DNA from: the human T2T-CHM13v2.0 reference genome, Homo sapiens | Assembly (NCBI RefSeq): GCF_009914755.1 | Contig: NC_060936.1 | Length of the DNA stretch: 64,000 nt | Reading direction: 5' to 3' (one strand) | Shown: positions 29,150 to 43,620 of the stretch, one piece after another | Position numbering within the stretch: the first letter of the stretch is position 1 | How the letters are laid out: the number at the start of each line of letters is the position of its first letter | Translations under genes and position numbers: made by a program | Notes under the pieces: generated by a model | Database searches by the model: none | Told to the model about the DNA's origin: nothing | Seen by the model: the letters and a program-made list of their open reading frames with translations, nothing else

Positions 29150-30200
29150 CAGAGGACAGTATGTCAAGAAGGCATAGATGCTGCAGGAGATGGAGTCAGT
29201 TGGGGCTTAGGGAGGCATCTCTTAGAGCAGGTGATCAGGAGGTGAGCTGCTATCTGGGGCAAGAGCTTCCAGGCAGAAGGGATGGCAAGTGCAAAGGTCC
29301 TGGTGAGGTAAGCAAGGGCCTGAAGTGTTGGAGAAACTGAATGGAGGCTAGTGCTGCAGGGATGGAGTAAGCTGAGGGGACAGTGGGAGGAGCTGCAGCC
29401 AGAGATAAGGAGGGTAGGGAGGGGGACAGTTTGGACAAGACCCGTTGTCCATCTGGGGATGGAGAGCCATTCATTCTTACACTTCACTTAACAAGCATTT
29501 CTTATGTGCCTACTATGTGTCTGGCACTATGCTAGGTACTGAGGATACAGTGATAAGCAAAACAGACATAGTCCCTGCCCTCTGCATGAAGGGTACAGTG
29601 AGAAAGATGCACAATGATCAGATAATCACACAAGTTGACGTAACAACAAACTGTCACAACTACATGGTCTTTCAAGAGGAATCATCAGGGGTGCTGACCT
29701 GGTCTGGGGGCTTCGGGGAAGGTTTGCCTATAGAAATAATATCTAGTCTGAGATTAGCTAAATAACATGGAGCTAAGCAGGTGAAGAGGGAAGAGATGTT
29801 CTTGACTGAAAGGATGCCAGGGGCGAAGGCCCTGAGGGGAGAGGACCAGTTGGAGTTGGAGGCCAGAGGTCCGGAATGCAGAGAAAGGGAGAAGGTGCAA
29901 GGTGGGGCCTTGGGGGCTGCAGCAAGAATTGGGGTTTTTATCCTAAGAATAATGTGAAAACATTGAGGAGTTTTAATCGGAATTACAGGTGTTTTGGAAA
30001 TGTCCCTCTGACAATGTGGAAGATGGAGTGGAGGTGGGAGGGTGAGCAGGGCAGGATGGACTCAGGAAGCTACTGTAAGTCCGGATGAGAGATGACGGCA
30101 GCCTGAACTAGGGAGAAAAGGGAGAGAAGTGGCTGTGCTTGGGAAGTAATTTGGAAGCAAAATCTGTAATATGTGGTAAAGGGAAAGAGAGACTGTGTCC
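29150..30200 (-). mobile_element. L2 fragments
   Basis: tgcctactatgtgtctggcactatgctagg; gcaaaggtcctgg blocks. Confidence 0.65.
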
Positions 30201-30239
30201 AAAATAGCGTATGCAAAACTGGATACTTGCCTAAAGAAA

Positions 30240-30860
30240 TTGTAACTGAATTAATCAAGTCTTTAGAAGCAGACAGGATAGATGAATAGATTACATGACA
30301 CTACAAGACAGAACTCAACCAAATCAGAGTGTAGGACATTCCAGGGAACAAATACCATGATGTTGCCAATAAATAAATGGCACAAAATAGGGGAAAAAAA
30401 TATTTAAGAAATAGAACAGGACAATGTTATATCTTTCATGCAATGTGTGGACCTTGTTTGGATCCTGATTCAAACAAACTAAACATCTTTGGGAGAAATA
30501 GAAAAGTCTGAATGCAGACTGGGCTGTAGATGATATTAAGGAATTACTATTCATTCAGTTAGATAAACTAATGGCATGGAGGATTTAAATGTTGCATGCA
30601 TATTGTGTGCGTGTGTGTATACATGTACACATATGTATTTAAACCTTGCCAGTGAGAAATGCACACTAAGTTTTTAGGGGTTAAATGACATCTTGGATTT
30701 GTTTGAAACACTTCAGAAAAGATAAAGTGGAATATAATATATTAAACTGGCAAAAATGATGCCAATTTTTGAAGCTGGGTCATGGGTGCTTGGAGGTTTA
30801 TTATACTACCTGTCTTGGGGTATGTTTGAAATTCTTGAAAATAAAAAAGTGATCAATAAA
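30240..30860 (+). mobile_element. Old L1M 3' end
   Basis: gaccttgtttggatcctgattcaaacaaac...gatgatattaaggaattact. Confidence 0.7.
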
Positions 30861-31499
30861 AATAAAATGATGAAAAATAGAGTTCATACTGAAATAGAGG
30901 ACACAAGAAAAGAAGCAGGTCCAAGGGGGAAATCACAAGTTCAACTTGGAGACCTCTGGGCCGGAGGTGCAAAAGTTAAGTGCAGACAGTGAATCTGCAC
31001 AGATGGGAATTTCGCAGATTCAGTGAATCTGTGGGCCTGGATAAACTACCCGGGGAAGGAAGAAAGCTTTGTGAGAAGAGAGCCCAGGACTAGACATGAA
31101 GAACTGAGAGGCGTGATGACCAGGCAGAGGGCAGGAGTTTTGTGACTGGGGAGGAGCAGCAGAAGGAGGGATCACAGAAGCCAAGAGAAGTGAGTGTTTC
31201 CAAAAGGAGGGCGCAGGTGACAGAATCGAATGCTGCCAAGATGTCAAGCAGATGAGAAACATGACAAGTCCACTGGGTTTAGAATCATGCATGGGGGCTG
31301 CTTAGGCTGAGGTCAGGAGCGGGGTGAGGAGGGAATGGGAGGTGAAGGAAATGAGACAAAGAATTGGGCAGCACTTTGAAGAAGTCTGTCTGTGATGTGG
31401 GAGAAAGGGCAGTGGCTCAAGGAGATAGAGTGGAGGAAATAAGAGGTTTGTTGTTGTTGTTGTTGTTGTTTTTAAGGTGAGACATTCTTAAATGCATTA

Positions 31500-31802
<303 letters not shown>

Positions 31803-32991
31803 CTGATGAGCAGAATGATGTAGTAGAGAAGAAAAAGCTGAATATACAGGAGAAGGGACCGTCGGTAATGTAGATTTCCTGAGAAAGCAGCAGGGGATGG
31901 CAAGAGGAAGGATCGCTCATGGATTCTATCAGGAAGGAGGAAGAGATGAACCAGACAGGTAGCTGAGTGCTGATGACGTCCTTCCTTTGTGTGTGTGTGT
32001 GTATGTTTTTTTTTTTTCCCTGAGAAGTAGGAGGTGATTCCACCCGCTGGCAGGGAGGAGAGAGTTGGGGAATTGGAGGCGTAAGGGTCTTGAAGAAGGT
32101 TGGAGATAGCCATGAGAAAGGAAAGAGTCAGTGACCAGAGAGAAATGGGGTTGCCCAGTGGGGTGGAGGTTGGTGATTTTGTGTCTGACAGGAGACAGTG
32201 GGTGAAAGGCTGAACCAGGGCAGGCTAGGTGGTGTTGGTGGAAGGCAAGGATGGATGGTCAATGGGGAGATGTCCCTGTGTCTGGCACAACCAAGGAGGA
32301 CTTCGTGGAGGAGAACGAACCTAGGCCTGTGAGCAGATGGCTTTGATAGCAAGGGCCAGAAAATGGTGCCCGGTGTCTTCTCAACTTCAAATTCCCATCT
32401 TATTGCAACCTACTGCCCTGCTCAGTGCTTCGCCTCTCCAGTTCCTTCCTGCCTCCTGTTCTAATATGGTCTTTGACTCTTGGAATCTAATATGGTTTCA
32501 AGGCCCATATCAGGGTTGTTTGCTAATTTAAAAATATGCTGTTGCTTCCCAGTTCCCACCAAATGGCGAGCAGTTTGGTAAGCTGGGTGGGCAGGCATGG
32601 CAGTTATGTTGCAAACAGGGTTCCTGCCTGCCTGGGAGGATCAGACAGGACTGGGCTTTCTAAGGCCCACGGCCCACTGTCTTCACCCCTCACACAAGCT
32701 CTTCAAAAGCATGAAGGAGCATGTTTTCCTTGCATCTAAATAGTTCTGGATGCCACCAAGCCTTGCAGTGGCCATCAGTGACCAGCAGAGTACATTCTAT
32801 TCGTGCCCTTCCCAGACCCACCGGCTCTCCACAGGGCTTGGACTGTTGGCACTGTCTCTGAGGTTGCTATTACAAATGGCACCTATTGGTAGCAGCCAAA
32901 ACATGATTAGGGGAAATAAAACCCTCTAGGGGCCTGTGGGAGGAGCTAAGCAACATGTGCAGCACTTAAAACTCATCGTTTCTTTTTCTAG

Positions 32992-33092
32992 CTTAACTCA
33001 GGTGATTCGAAAGTTTGCCAAGCAACTGGATGAGTGGCTAAAAGTGGCTCTCCACGACCTCCCAGAAAACTTGCGAAACATCAAGTTCGAAT
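32992..33092 (+). CDS. RFX4: RFX4 exon ~9 (101 nt): [33 protein letters not shown]
   Basis: ttttctag|C TTA ... GAA T|gtaagt. Confidence 0.96.
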
Positions 33093-33159
33093 GTAAGTAC
33101 TGAGTTGAGAGCGGGATGGAAGAGAGAATTACATTTTAGTGCCAAATATTTTACATAAG

Positions 33160-33550
33160 TTGTTAATAGTAGCAGCAGCTACTGTTTACTGGTTGACTAT
33201 AAAGCACCAGGTATTATACTAATTACTTTACATATGTAAATATATTTAATCCTCATAAAATGTTTATTATAGGTGGCACATTTCTTCCTTTACAGAAGAG
33301 GAATCAACTTAGAGAGGTAGTAAGTAGCAGAGACAGGATTTTCTCCCAGGTCTGTCTGACACCAAAGTTTCTGCTCACCACCACCACCATCCTCCTTATC
33401 TCATTTAATCCTCATGCTGCCTCTGCGATGTAGAAAGTAGTATCCCTGTTCTACAGATGAGGCTCTAAGAGGCAAAGAGAGTTCCCCCAAAGCCACGCAG
33501 CCACACAGCTGTAAGTAGGGGCCAGGAATCAAACTCAGGTCTCAGATTTC
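33160..33550 (-). mobile_element. Two MIR fragments
   Basis: atttaatcctcat and acagatgagg cores each appear twice. Confidence 0.65.
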
Positions 33551-35114
33551 CTTGAAGTTCCTGCCCATAAAATGGTGGTAGCAGGAGAGAGAGAATAGCT
33601 TAAGGGCTTCATGCATTCTCTGCCTAATTAGAAAGCCAAATTAATATTTCTCATAAAGGGATTGAGACTGTGAACCTTTTCTTTGCTGAGTGTTGGCACC
33701 CATTCCCCAGCATTAGTTTTCTAATTTTCTGTTTCAATCTGCCTGTACTTGCAGGGAGACTCATGTACCGTTCGTTTGCTGCTATTAAACAAAGATGAAA
33801 TGATTTTCAGCAAAACAAAGTTTTAAAATATACATTTTTTAAAGCCCCATTTGAATACAACGGCTTGCTATTCCTGCCCAAAATAAGTGCCAGTGAACAA
33901 AATGAAGGCGATCAAATTACCCTCTCTCCACAGGCAAAGGGAGCCCTTTCAGACGCGCTTTGAGGCTGCCTGCAGTGGCCATCACCTATTGATAAAGCCT
34001 GCTTTATTTCATGGCTCTCAGCTCTTTTCTTTTCATGAGCACTAAATTCCACATCACAAAGTTAAAGAAAAAGTAATTAAGGAGAAGGATTAACGATTGA
34101 TCAGCCTGGAAAATTAGAAGTCCATCTGCCCCCTCCCACCCCCATTCCTCCACTCCACACCTTATTTTTCAAATCAAGCCAGCTCTGAGTACAAATTAGA
34201 ATAATCCTAGGGAAATTTCTGACTATTACTTGACCAGTTCAGAAATTACCAAGAAGAATGCCCCCGCACCCATTTTAATTATGCCGACAAAACAAACCTG
34301 TTCAAAGTCGGCGGCAAGGAGGTTTGTTGGACCTTCCACCTGTGTGTGTCTGGAGGAAGCTGTTCTTCCCAGGGAGCCCAGCCTGGGAGTGTATTTTGAG
34401 AATGTGCAAGGGGTGGAAACAAGTCCCACTGCAACCACTCTGTAAGAATGAAGAGCTAGGGCAGGCACATGTCTTGTCTGCGTTGAAATCCACAGATATA
34501 AGATCACCCTACTTCAAATTATCAGCCTATTATGTCAGTGTAGGAAACAAGACCTTTTCCTAGCTGCAGTCATCATCAAAACATGCAAACAGGTCATGGA
34601 GATCACTTGATAAAAAGGACAGATTATGAATGCAAAGCCAGGGTTCCATCCCAGAAGCACCTCCTAGCCCCACACACCGCTGAGGCTCAATCAAGGTTTA
34701 CTATTAGACATACTACTTTTTAAAGGGACTTCTTCAAAGCTTCCACTTGATTCCTGCAATTATTTACGGGGAGAAGTGATTGAGCTTGCAATTAGCGAAA
34801 TGAAAGACAAGTAAATAATTGCTTTTACTCACGGTTGATTGACGCCACCATTTCTCACACCTGCGAGTGTATCGTGTGCATGACTTTGAAATATGTACCC
34901 CAAATGTCACCATTAGGAAGTAGTTGTTGAAGCCCACATGGGAGAACAAAGAATCAAGTGCAGGGTTTTGCCAGTGGGTACATAAAATGGGATTGGGCAG
35001 TGAGATAAACGTAGGCAAAATAAGCAGGCTACTTTTTGAAATGTGCCCCTGGAAAATCCAAGTTAGAATCATAAAGCATGCAAATATTTCAAACTAATTC
35101 TTTTCTCCTTGCAG

Positions 35115-35173
35115 TGTCGAGAAGGTTCTCCCAAATTCTGAGACGGCAAACATCACTAAATCATCTCTGCCAG
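35115..35173 (+). CDS. RFX4: RFX4 exon ~10 (59 nt): SRRFSQILRRQTSLNHLCQ
   Basis: ccttgcag|TG ... CAG|gtagct; LRRxTSLNHL is conserved in RFX proteins. Confidence 0.96.
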
Positions 35174-35799
35174 GTAGCTGTCCTCCATTATGTGTTTTAA
35201 TCACTGCTGAGTCATTGCAAATGAGGGGGCAAATCCACAAAAACAACCTCCTGCAGGATCTTTCAGGTTAACAGGGCACTCTCTCTATTATTTTTTAATT
35301 TCTACAGATAAGGAATGAAAACATTAGCCAATAACTAGTTTCAACTAATATACAAAATAATTTCTGGTATCAGTTGCCCCTTAACCTTTCAGATATGTTC
35401 TAAGTCCACAGTTCTGTGTTTCTCTTAATTATCCAGCCCAAAATGTATGTAGTGGTTGAATCAAATGATTCAAACAGATTAAGAGGATGATTTGTTTGTT
35501 GTATCATCTGAGTTCAAAGCCACATAATATATTCAATATTTGCCTAATTTTGTTTAGTTTTTTTCCAGATCTGCATTATTTTTAGCACAAAAGTGACATA
35601 TGCTTGCTTTCAAAAACATTTAAAAATATAAGTGTAGTAAGTAAAAGTGGAAGATCCCACTCCATGCCCCTATCAACTCTGTAGTTATAGCTTGATGGCA
35701 TATAACTACATTTCTATTAATTTTGCACTTTAATGAAGGGACTCTAAGTCTGTTAAGGCAACCGATTAACATTACATTAAAATATTAATGACCTTAAAG

Positions 35800-36140
35800 C
35801 AGAGGTGGCAAACCGGTGGCCACAGGCCAAATCTGGCCCTCAGATATGTGGGGTTATTGTTGTTTGGTTTGAATATGTTCAAAACAATTTTTTTCACATG
35901 GTCACTAACAGTTGGAACTGGGAGATGACAGCTAAACACCCACATTTTTCTGTAGAAAACCTTCAAGGGCTGACAACTTGCTCCCAGAGTCCCATTTCCC
36001 CAGGGCAGCTGTCAGCTGCTGGGCCAAGCTTCTCCACAGCAGCCACCGTCCTCATTCCACCAACTCTCTCACACTTGGCCCACCTCACTCCTGAATGTCA
36101 CCTGCCTGCCCCCTTCCTGTGTTTCTGTTTGCAGCCTCTC
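35800..36140. mobile_element. hAT-Charlie MITE (MER102/MER58-like)
   Basis: Ends cagaggtggcaaa / tttgcagcctct; ggccaaatctggcc. Confidence 0.6.
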
Positions 36141-37446
36141 CTTTAAGGTGCTGTTGGTTCTGGGTGGGTTCAAGGTCAAGGTGGTAGGGAGGGGTTTCTA
36201 GTTAGAGTGGCCTGAAGGAGGGTCCCAGACCAGGAACCAGAAAGTATAACACAACACCCACATATACCTCACTGCTCCTGTCCTGCCCCTGGCATGGACA
36301 GCACAGGGGATGATTTGGAGACCAGAGGGAAACTCATCCAGATTCATGCAGGCTGCTACAGAGGCTACACCTGGGCATTGTTCTGGTGATGGTGCAGAGC
36401 CTGACAGATTAATGGGATTCAGGAAAGAAGGTGAATATTGGCCTAACAAAGAAACACTGCCTTATTTCTGAGGATGCATGCCAGCATCTGGTTCTTTTTT
36501 CCAGCTTGGAAGAGTGGCTCTTGGGTCATATCAGGGAACTAGACATGGTTTTGGTGCCTCCCTCTGGGGATCAGACAATTTAGAGAGGACTTTGTTCCTT
36601 TAATGCACATGTAGATAAAAGCGTCCACACCCATGCCTATAGCCACGTGTTGCACAAGCGTAGGGGCGCACACACACGTTCCCTCTCCACCTTCCGCACA
36701 AAAACAGTATGTAATTTAATCAGCAAATGCCCCATTTCCATCTCTACCGGAAAGCTTTCAGACGCATTCCCAGATCAGACAGAGGACTAGGGTTAAGGCT
36801 GGGAATGAAACACCAGCTAGTATCCCAGTGAGCTTTCCCAAACACACATACACAGCAAGTCAGACTAAACAACGTCCAACTGAAGACTCACCTCAAATAC
36901 TTAGACCTAAGATTCACGTCCAGGCTCTTTCAGATACACCAGGTAAGTAAGCACTTGGCATTCCTATCTCAGCCATTCACTTCACAGAATCTTTTGGGTG
37001 CCTACTGTGTGCCCAATACTGTGCTTAGTGGTACTTGCCCTCAGCAGGAAAAAAAATTAAAAGTGTTAAATGTTATGAAAGAAACAGAATGGAAATAGAA
37101 AATCACAAGGCATTCAGGTCCTATGTAGATAAAGTGGTCAGAGATGGCCTTTCCATGGGTGTGACATTTAAGCTGGAGCGTACATTGTAGTGGGGCTGCT
37201 GGGGCAAGGAGGGAGAAGAATGTTCCGGCCAGCAAGAACACCATGTGCAAAGGCCTTGAGGTATCAACACAATCACTGAAAGAGAAGCGATCGGATAACA
37301 GTAGCCACTTTTATTGAGTTCCCTGCACTATGCACTCTGTTTTTCAAACACTATCTCAAGGAATCCTCAACAGCAGCCCTTCTTTAAGAGGTAAGCACTA
37401 AGGCCCTAAACATGATGGTTAGAGACACTATTAAAAAGCATGTTCT

Positions 37447-37753
<307 letters not shown>

Positions 37754-39061
37754 GCATGTTCTAAACACTTGCTTACAGAATTCACTCTTTGGTAAACAGT
37801 TCATTTCATTGTAATAAAGTAGCTCACAACGCATCTCTGAAGGAACATGCTCAGGAAAGAAAAAAAAAAGGTAGGTACTATCATATCTCCATTTTATAGA
37901 TTAGGAGGCTGAGGTTAATCTACTTGCCTGCCCCAAGTCAGCTGCTCAGCAACGAGGCCAGGATTTGAACTAGGTTATGTTTGAATCCAGGACACCTGAC
38001 CTTTCCATTCAGTTGTTTTCATTATCATTAGAGATTCACCTAACTCATATATTCTACACCTTTGTGACCTTTAAAGAGTTCTACAATTATTTAACTAAGA
38101 TTTTACTTGTAATTGGATGGTCTGGGTACAACAAGGGTTTGTCAGTATTTACCTTTGCCTAGAAATTTACATGCATTAGGAGACTTGACAATGTCTTCGT
38201 GTATTTTAATTTTTTTTATTTTATTAAAAGACATTTTGAAAACATGCAAATAAAGGAAATGATCCTAGATACATATTTTTCTTAGCTTTTCTCAGTATTG
38301 TTTCAACTTGATGATATTGTTCCAAGTATTGTTCCAACTTGCAAATTTAAGTTCACTAATAAGGGTTCCATGAAAAAGCCACAGCTTTAAAGAAAAAAAA
38401 ATACATATATATAATTATTCACACACTATACACATCCCTCCATCCACTAACAAACTACTGAGATGTATGGTATAGTTTCCCTTTTCCTCCAACCTAATTA
38501 TTCATGTATGTTTTAATCATTATAGCAACATTTTAAAAAAGCAAAAACAGAAAACTAGAGCATAAACTGCTTCAGAATGTATTTATATGAAAAATACACA
38601 CTTTGAAATTTCTGGGATTAAGTTAGGCCCAGGGGTAGCAAGAACACTTCTAAATCCCAGCCTGCAGCTTCTCAGGTACTGGAGACACAAGGATAATTCA
38701 GCACAGAGCTCCCATCCCACAGGCTTACATCAGAAAGCTGACAGATCTCTGGGCTTCATCCCATTGTTCCATGGGGTCAAGACCAAAGGGACTGGAAACA
38801 GCAGGGTTTGGTCTGGCCTAGCCCACCCTCGCAGTTTCTTGTAGAGAAAAAGAGATGTGTGGAAAGAACCATAGGAGAAAACAGTGTCTGCGTCTTCTGA
38901 GTTACAGAGTCTTCTGGTGCTTTCCTGAAATTGAATTTCCCGGAATTTCAGGGTAGTTTGCAAAATACCATAAGCAGATGCATTAACAAGGCATAAAAGG
39001 AAATACAGTGAAAGGGTTTTAACAACCCATGAGCTAACGAGTTGATTGGATTGGATTATAG

Positions 39062-39206
39062 GCATCTCGAACAGTGATCCACAGTGCAGACATCACGTTC
39101 CAAATGCTGGAAGACTGGAGGAACGTGGACCTGAACAGCATCACCAAGCAAACCCTTTACACCATGGAAGACTCTCGCGATGAGCACCGGAAACTCATCA
39201 CCCAAT
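39062..39206 (+). CDS. RFX4: RFX4 exon ~11 (145 nt): [30 protein letters not shown]...RKLITQ
   Basis: ttatag|GCA ... CAA T|gtaagc; phases fit both neighbours. Confidence 0.96.
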
Positions 39207-40379
39207 GTAAGCTGTCCCACCAGGGATTGTTGTCCTGTTTTTATTTTTAAAAGAAAGAAAAAGTGTCTTAGTAAATACCGAAGTGGCATCCCCACCCTGT
39301 TCTTCCCAGCATCTCTTCCTCCTTATTGTTCCTTATTGTTCCTTTTAAATGAGTCAGTCCAGAAGGAAGGGCTGATTGACTTGAGAGGACATGTGTCAAC
39401 ACTGCTGGGTAAAGAGTGTTCTGGTGCAATTGGGCAGCATACAGTGTCATGCAAAGGGCCCCACATGTGACCTGAATGCCAGCCCCGGTTCCATGGAGGT
39501 GGCATTAAATATGAGAACAAAAGCTTATTGCCTCTCTCAGTGTATGTCAGCCTGGGGTCAGCTGGATATGCTGCCTATTTTTCATTTGAGGGTCACGACT
39601 CAGCCCACCTATTGGTAGGTGAACCTTTCAATCACGTTAAATGTCTGAGAAGCAGGTGGATGGTATTTTACTTCTGTGAATATATGTTCATGTCCCGGTG
39701 AACAAGGGCTTCCAACATGCAGACTGCAGGTATACTGCTCCAAATATCAACCCCATGTAGGCAGGATGTTTGATCTTGGTACTAAAGCAATATGAGAAGG
39801 CCAGAGAACAACATCATTGTTAGCACATCCCTGCTATTCCTCAGATGCCCATCCCAGCTGACTGCCCAGGGCATCCCCCCAGCCCAATAACCCTGGATCC
39901 ATAGGCGTCTACAGGCTACCTCCATAATTAGAGAACATCAGGTCAGGAAAGGTGTTGAGAGCATGCATTCCCATGTTCTCAATGGGGTGAGGCCCAGGAT
40001 CCCAATAGTGACACTGCTTGGGGAGCTGCAGAGAGGCTGTCCCACCAAGAAGAGGGGTCTTTCTGAAAGCCCCAAGGCCCTTCAGATTTCTTAGTATATG
40101 CCTTCTGCACTGCTGTCTTGAGGGAATTCTATTCAGCTACCCAGTCTAAACTTGAGGTGCCTTTAAACAAAGTTCCCTAAGAGGGTCCTATTAGAGATCT
40201 CTTTCCCATTAAGCCCTTTTCAAAAGCAAATGTAACAGCCGAAATGTTTGAACATGTGGACCTTCCCCAGGGCTTCTTTCCTGGCTTAGCCCAAACCTCA
40301 CTCAGGCTGTTACTTCTTCCTTCACAGCTGCCCCAAGCCCACTTTTCCCCTGGTAAGAATTTTAGAGATCATCACTAAA

Positions 40380-40630
40380 ATAATAATTCAGCTTATTGAC
40401 TGCCTATTCTAAGCCAGCTCCTGTGTCAAATCCAATACATGCACGGTCCCATTTAATCTCCACATCAACCCCATGAGGAAGACACTCTTATCACCCCCAC
40501 TTTACAGATGAGAAAACTCAGGCTTAGAGAGTTGGTGAACCTAACTCAAGGTCATGCAGCCACTAAGCAATAGAGCTGAACCCAAGTCTGGTCTCACGTC
40601 TAGTCCCAGCTTCATCACCAGGCCTTAGTG
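40380..40630 (-). mobile_element. MIR
   Basis: cccactttacagatgagaaaactcaggcttagagag. Confidence 0.8.
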
Positions 40631-42490
40631 CTGCTCATATTGTATTCATGTGCACAGGAGACAAAAAAAAAAAAAAAAAAAAAAGGAAATATGGGTGAGT
40701 TTTAGAGGTTCCAGGATCTTTCCAAGTGCTTACAATCATCCTTCCTCTTCTGCTTTTTCCTGTCCCCTGATGGAAAGTCAACAGAAAGCATGGCCCTGCA
40801 CACCCTAATAGCACTGGGGGTACCTTTGATCACTGTGCCCCTAGGAACTCCCAATGGGCCAGGCACAGAGCAGGTGTCCAGCAAGATTCATGGAATACCA
40901 AAGAGATGAGTGGAAACCCAGAGTTAACCTAGTTCTTAGCTCTGCAAATCTTCCTAGCAGTGTTAGACTCAGTTCTCTTCCCGCCTCAGCTCCTTTCATG
41001 AGGGACGAAAATGTGAACCAGACTCATAAGGAAAAATACAATCAGTATTGCTTGCTTAAAGGACCAGGCTCTGAGCCTTTGCTGGAGCACCATGGAGGTC
41101 ACTGCTGCCTCTCTCAAGAAAGAACCTTCTGTGGCTTTCTCTTCAAGTTCCTTTAGGTCCAGGGCAGAATGGTGCCCTTTAAAGCTGTGATTGCATTCTT
41201 CTTCTGGGGAAGTAAATGCTGTGGTTCAGTTCAACCCAGCTAGTCCTTACTGAATGCCTGTCCTAAGTCAGGTACTGTATTAGATGCTGGCCAAAGGGCA
41301 GTGAATAAAATGGACACATCCCTTCCCAACATGGAGCTTACAGTTAATGGTAAATAAGACCTCAAACATGTATTTACAGATGTGTTGCATCTTACCAAAG
41401 AGAACAATGTCATGTAATACAGTGCTGTGAAGGGGGAATTGAGAGAGGGTACCAAGCCTCAAGGCAGTCCAGCACATGTGCGTCAACCCTGTACCTCCTA
41501 ACCAGACAGCTGGGAAGTCCCTGACACACAGGGAGTTGGACCAAAGGTCAGCTTGAGCAGGGCTGGGACAACTGTGTGCAGTGCTCTTCTTTCCTCACAG
41601 CCAGCTGACAAATCTGCAAACTCTTGCTTAGGGGGTTACCATCACCTCTGTGATATAGATCTCAGCCGGCAATGCTCAGCTTACCTTAGATTTTAAAAGT
41701 GCACATTAGTACTTAAGCAAGCTGATTAGAATGAGTTATAATTGTAACTGCCCAAGGTCTGCTGGGCATCCCAGACCCATGTCCAAGTTCTGTTGGCTGG
41801 GATCCCTGGGGCTGGGATGCCCAACAGACCTTGGTTCAAACCTTGCTCTTACACAGCTCTTACACAGCATGGGGCTGGATGCCCAAAAGACCTTGATTCA
41901 AACCTTGGCTCCAGTACACTGTGACCTTGGTTTCCATTTCTGTAAAATGGGACTAAGGTGAAGGGATTAAATGAGACTATCTGTGCCACATGCTTGGTAC
42001 ACAGTCTAGTGTTAGCATAGTGAAGTGGTTAGGAGGCAAGCACTTGAGTCAGGATGTGTTTGAATCTTGTCTCCGCAATTCACTAGCTGTGAAAGAACAA
42101 CCTTTGGAAAGTTACTCATCTTTGTTTGTCTCTTTCTTCACTTGTAAAATGGAGGATAATAATCGTACCAACCTCCATGGGTTGTTCATCCATTCAGTCA
42201 ACAAACATTTGAGCATTCTAGTGTTATGACCCTCTGGTCTCAGAATCTTACTTCTTGTAGCAAGCGTCAACTAAGTAAAATAGAGCAAAGTGTCCAGTCC
42301 TTTAAAATGAGAGAACAAAAACTGCTCAAATGAAAATGAAAGAAACGTATGGATCTTGAATTGTGGTTTGATTTATTGATCTCTGCATACAGAAACACAA
42401 AAATGTGATGAAAAGAGATGTTTCAAACTAGAGATCACCAGAGCCATGTTTCTATTTTCTAGAGCACTTCATTGATTAAAAAGCACTTCC

Positions 42491-42826
<336 letters not shown>

Positions 42827-43620
42827 TTATCTGACTTAAAGTGAAGACAGGTTGTAAAGTGGTAGGATTATCTCTCTAATGAGGAAACTGAGGGGCAGAG
42901 AGACTGGTTCACTTACTCAACAAGTATCTATTAAGCACCTACTACATGCCACACAGAGAGGCTGCTTGCCTGATACAGTTGTGGTCCAGAAACATTTGAA
43001 TTATCACATGTGCCCTACCCTGGGCAGAGAGCAAGAGAGCAGCAATGCCTCACCCATTAATTCAAGCAAGAATTTGTTGGGTAACAACTATGTCACAGAT
43101 AATGCACCAGCTAATGAAGATATCAGACAAAGAACTAGCAGGGAGACACACATGCCCACCCAACTATGCCACAGTGCCATTAGTCATATAATAAAGGTAG
43201 AAAACCGATAATAAAGTGCTATGTGAGTGCAGAGGAGGGGTGATCAGTTCTGCGGGCAAGGGGCATGGAAGGTTAAAGGGATTTCATACCAGGGCCATTT
43301 CAGCTGGGACATGAGGAACCAAGTAGTGGGAAAAGCCTGAAAAAAAAAGACTAAGGCTATGAAAAAAGCAGGGCTTGCTGGCGGAATGGCAAGTAATATG
43401 GGATAGCCACAGTTTAACATGTTCACAGGCATGGAAGATGATCTTGGAAAGGTAAGTTGGGGCATGTTTTATAAAGTCTTGAATGCTCTGCTAAGACCTT
43501 GGAGTTTTATTTATTTAAAGTTTTACTTTATTCAAAGTTTTGTTCCTCTGTTCTTTTAAGACGTAGCTCTTGTTAAATACAACTGCAGTGATGCGTGTGG
43601 GGTTCTCCTTTGTTTGACAG

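Noticed and set aside
32764-33984. Repeated 14-mer tgcagtggccatca on both sides of exon 9
   Set aside because: A few 14-mer matches are expected by chance in 64 kb and the match does not extend
38296-38341. Three tattgtt(t/c)caa copies as a regulatory array
   Set aside because: Irregular spacing in AT-rich DNA; best explained by slippage
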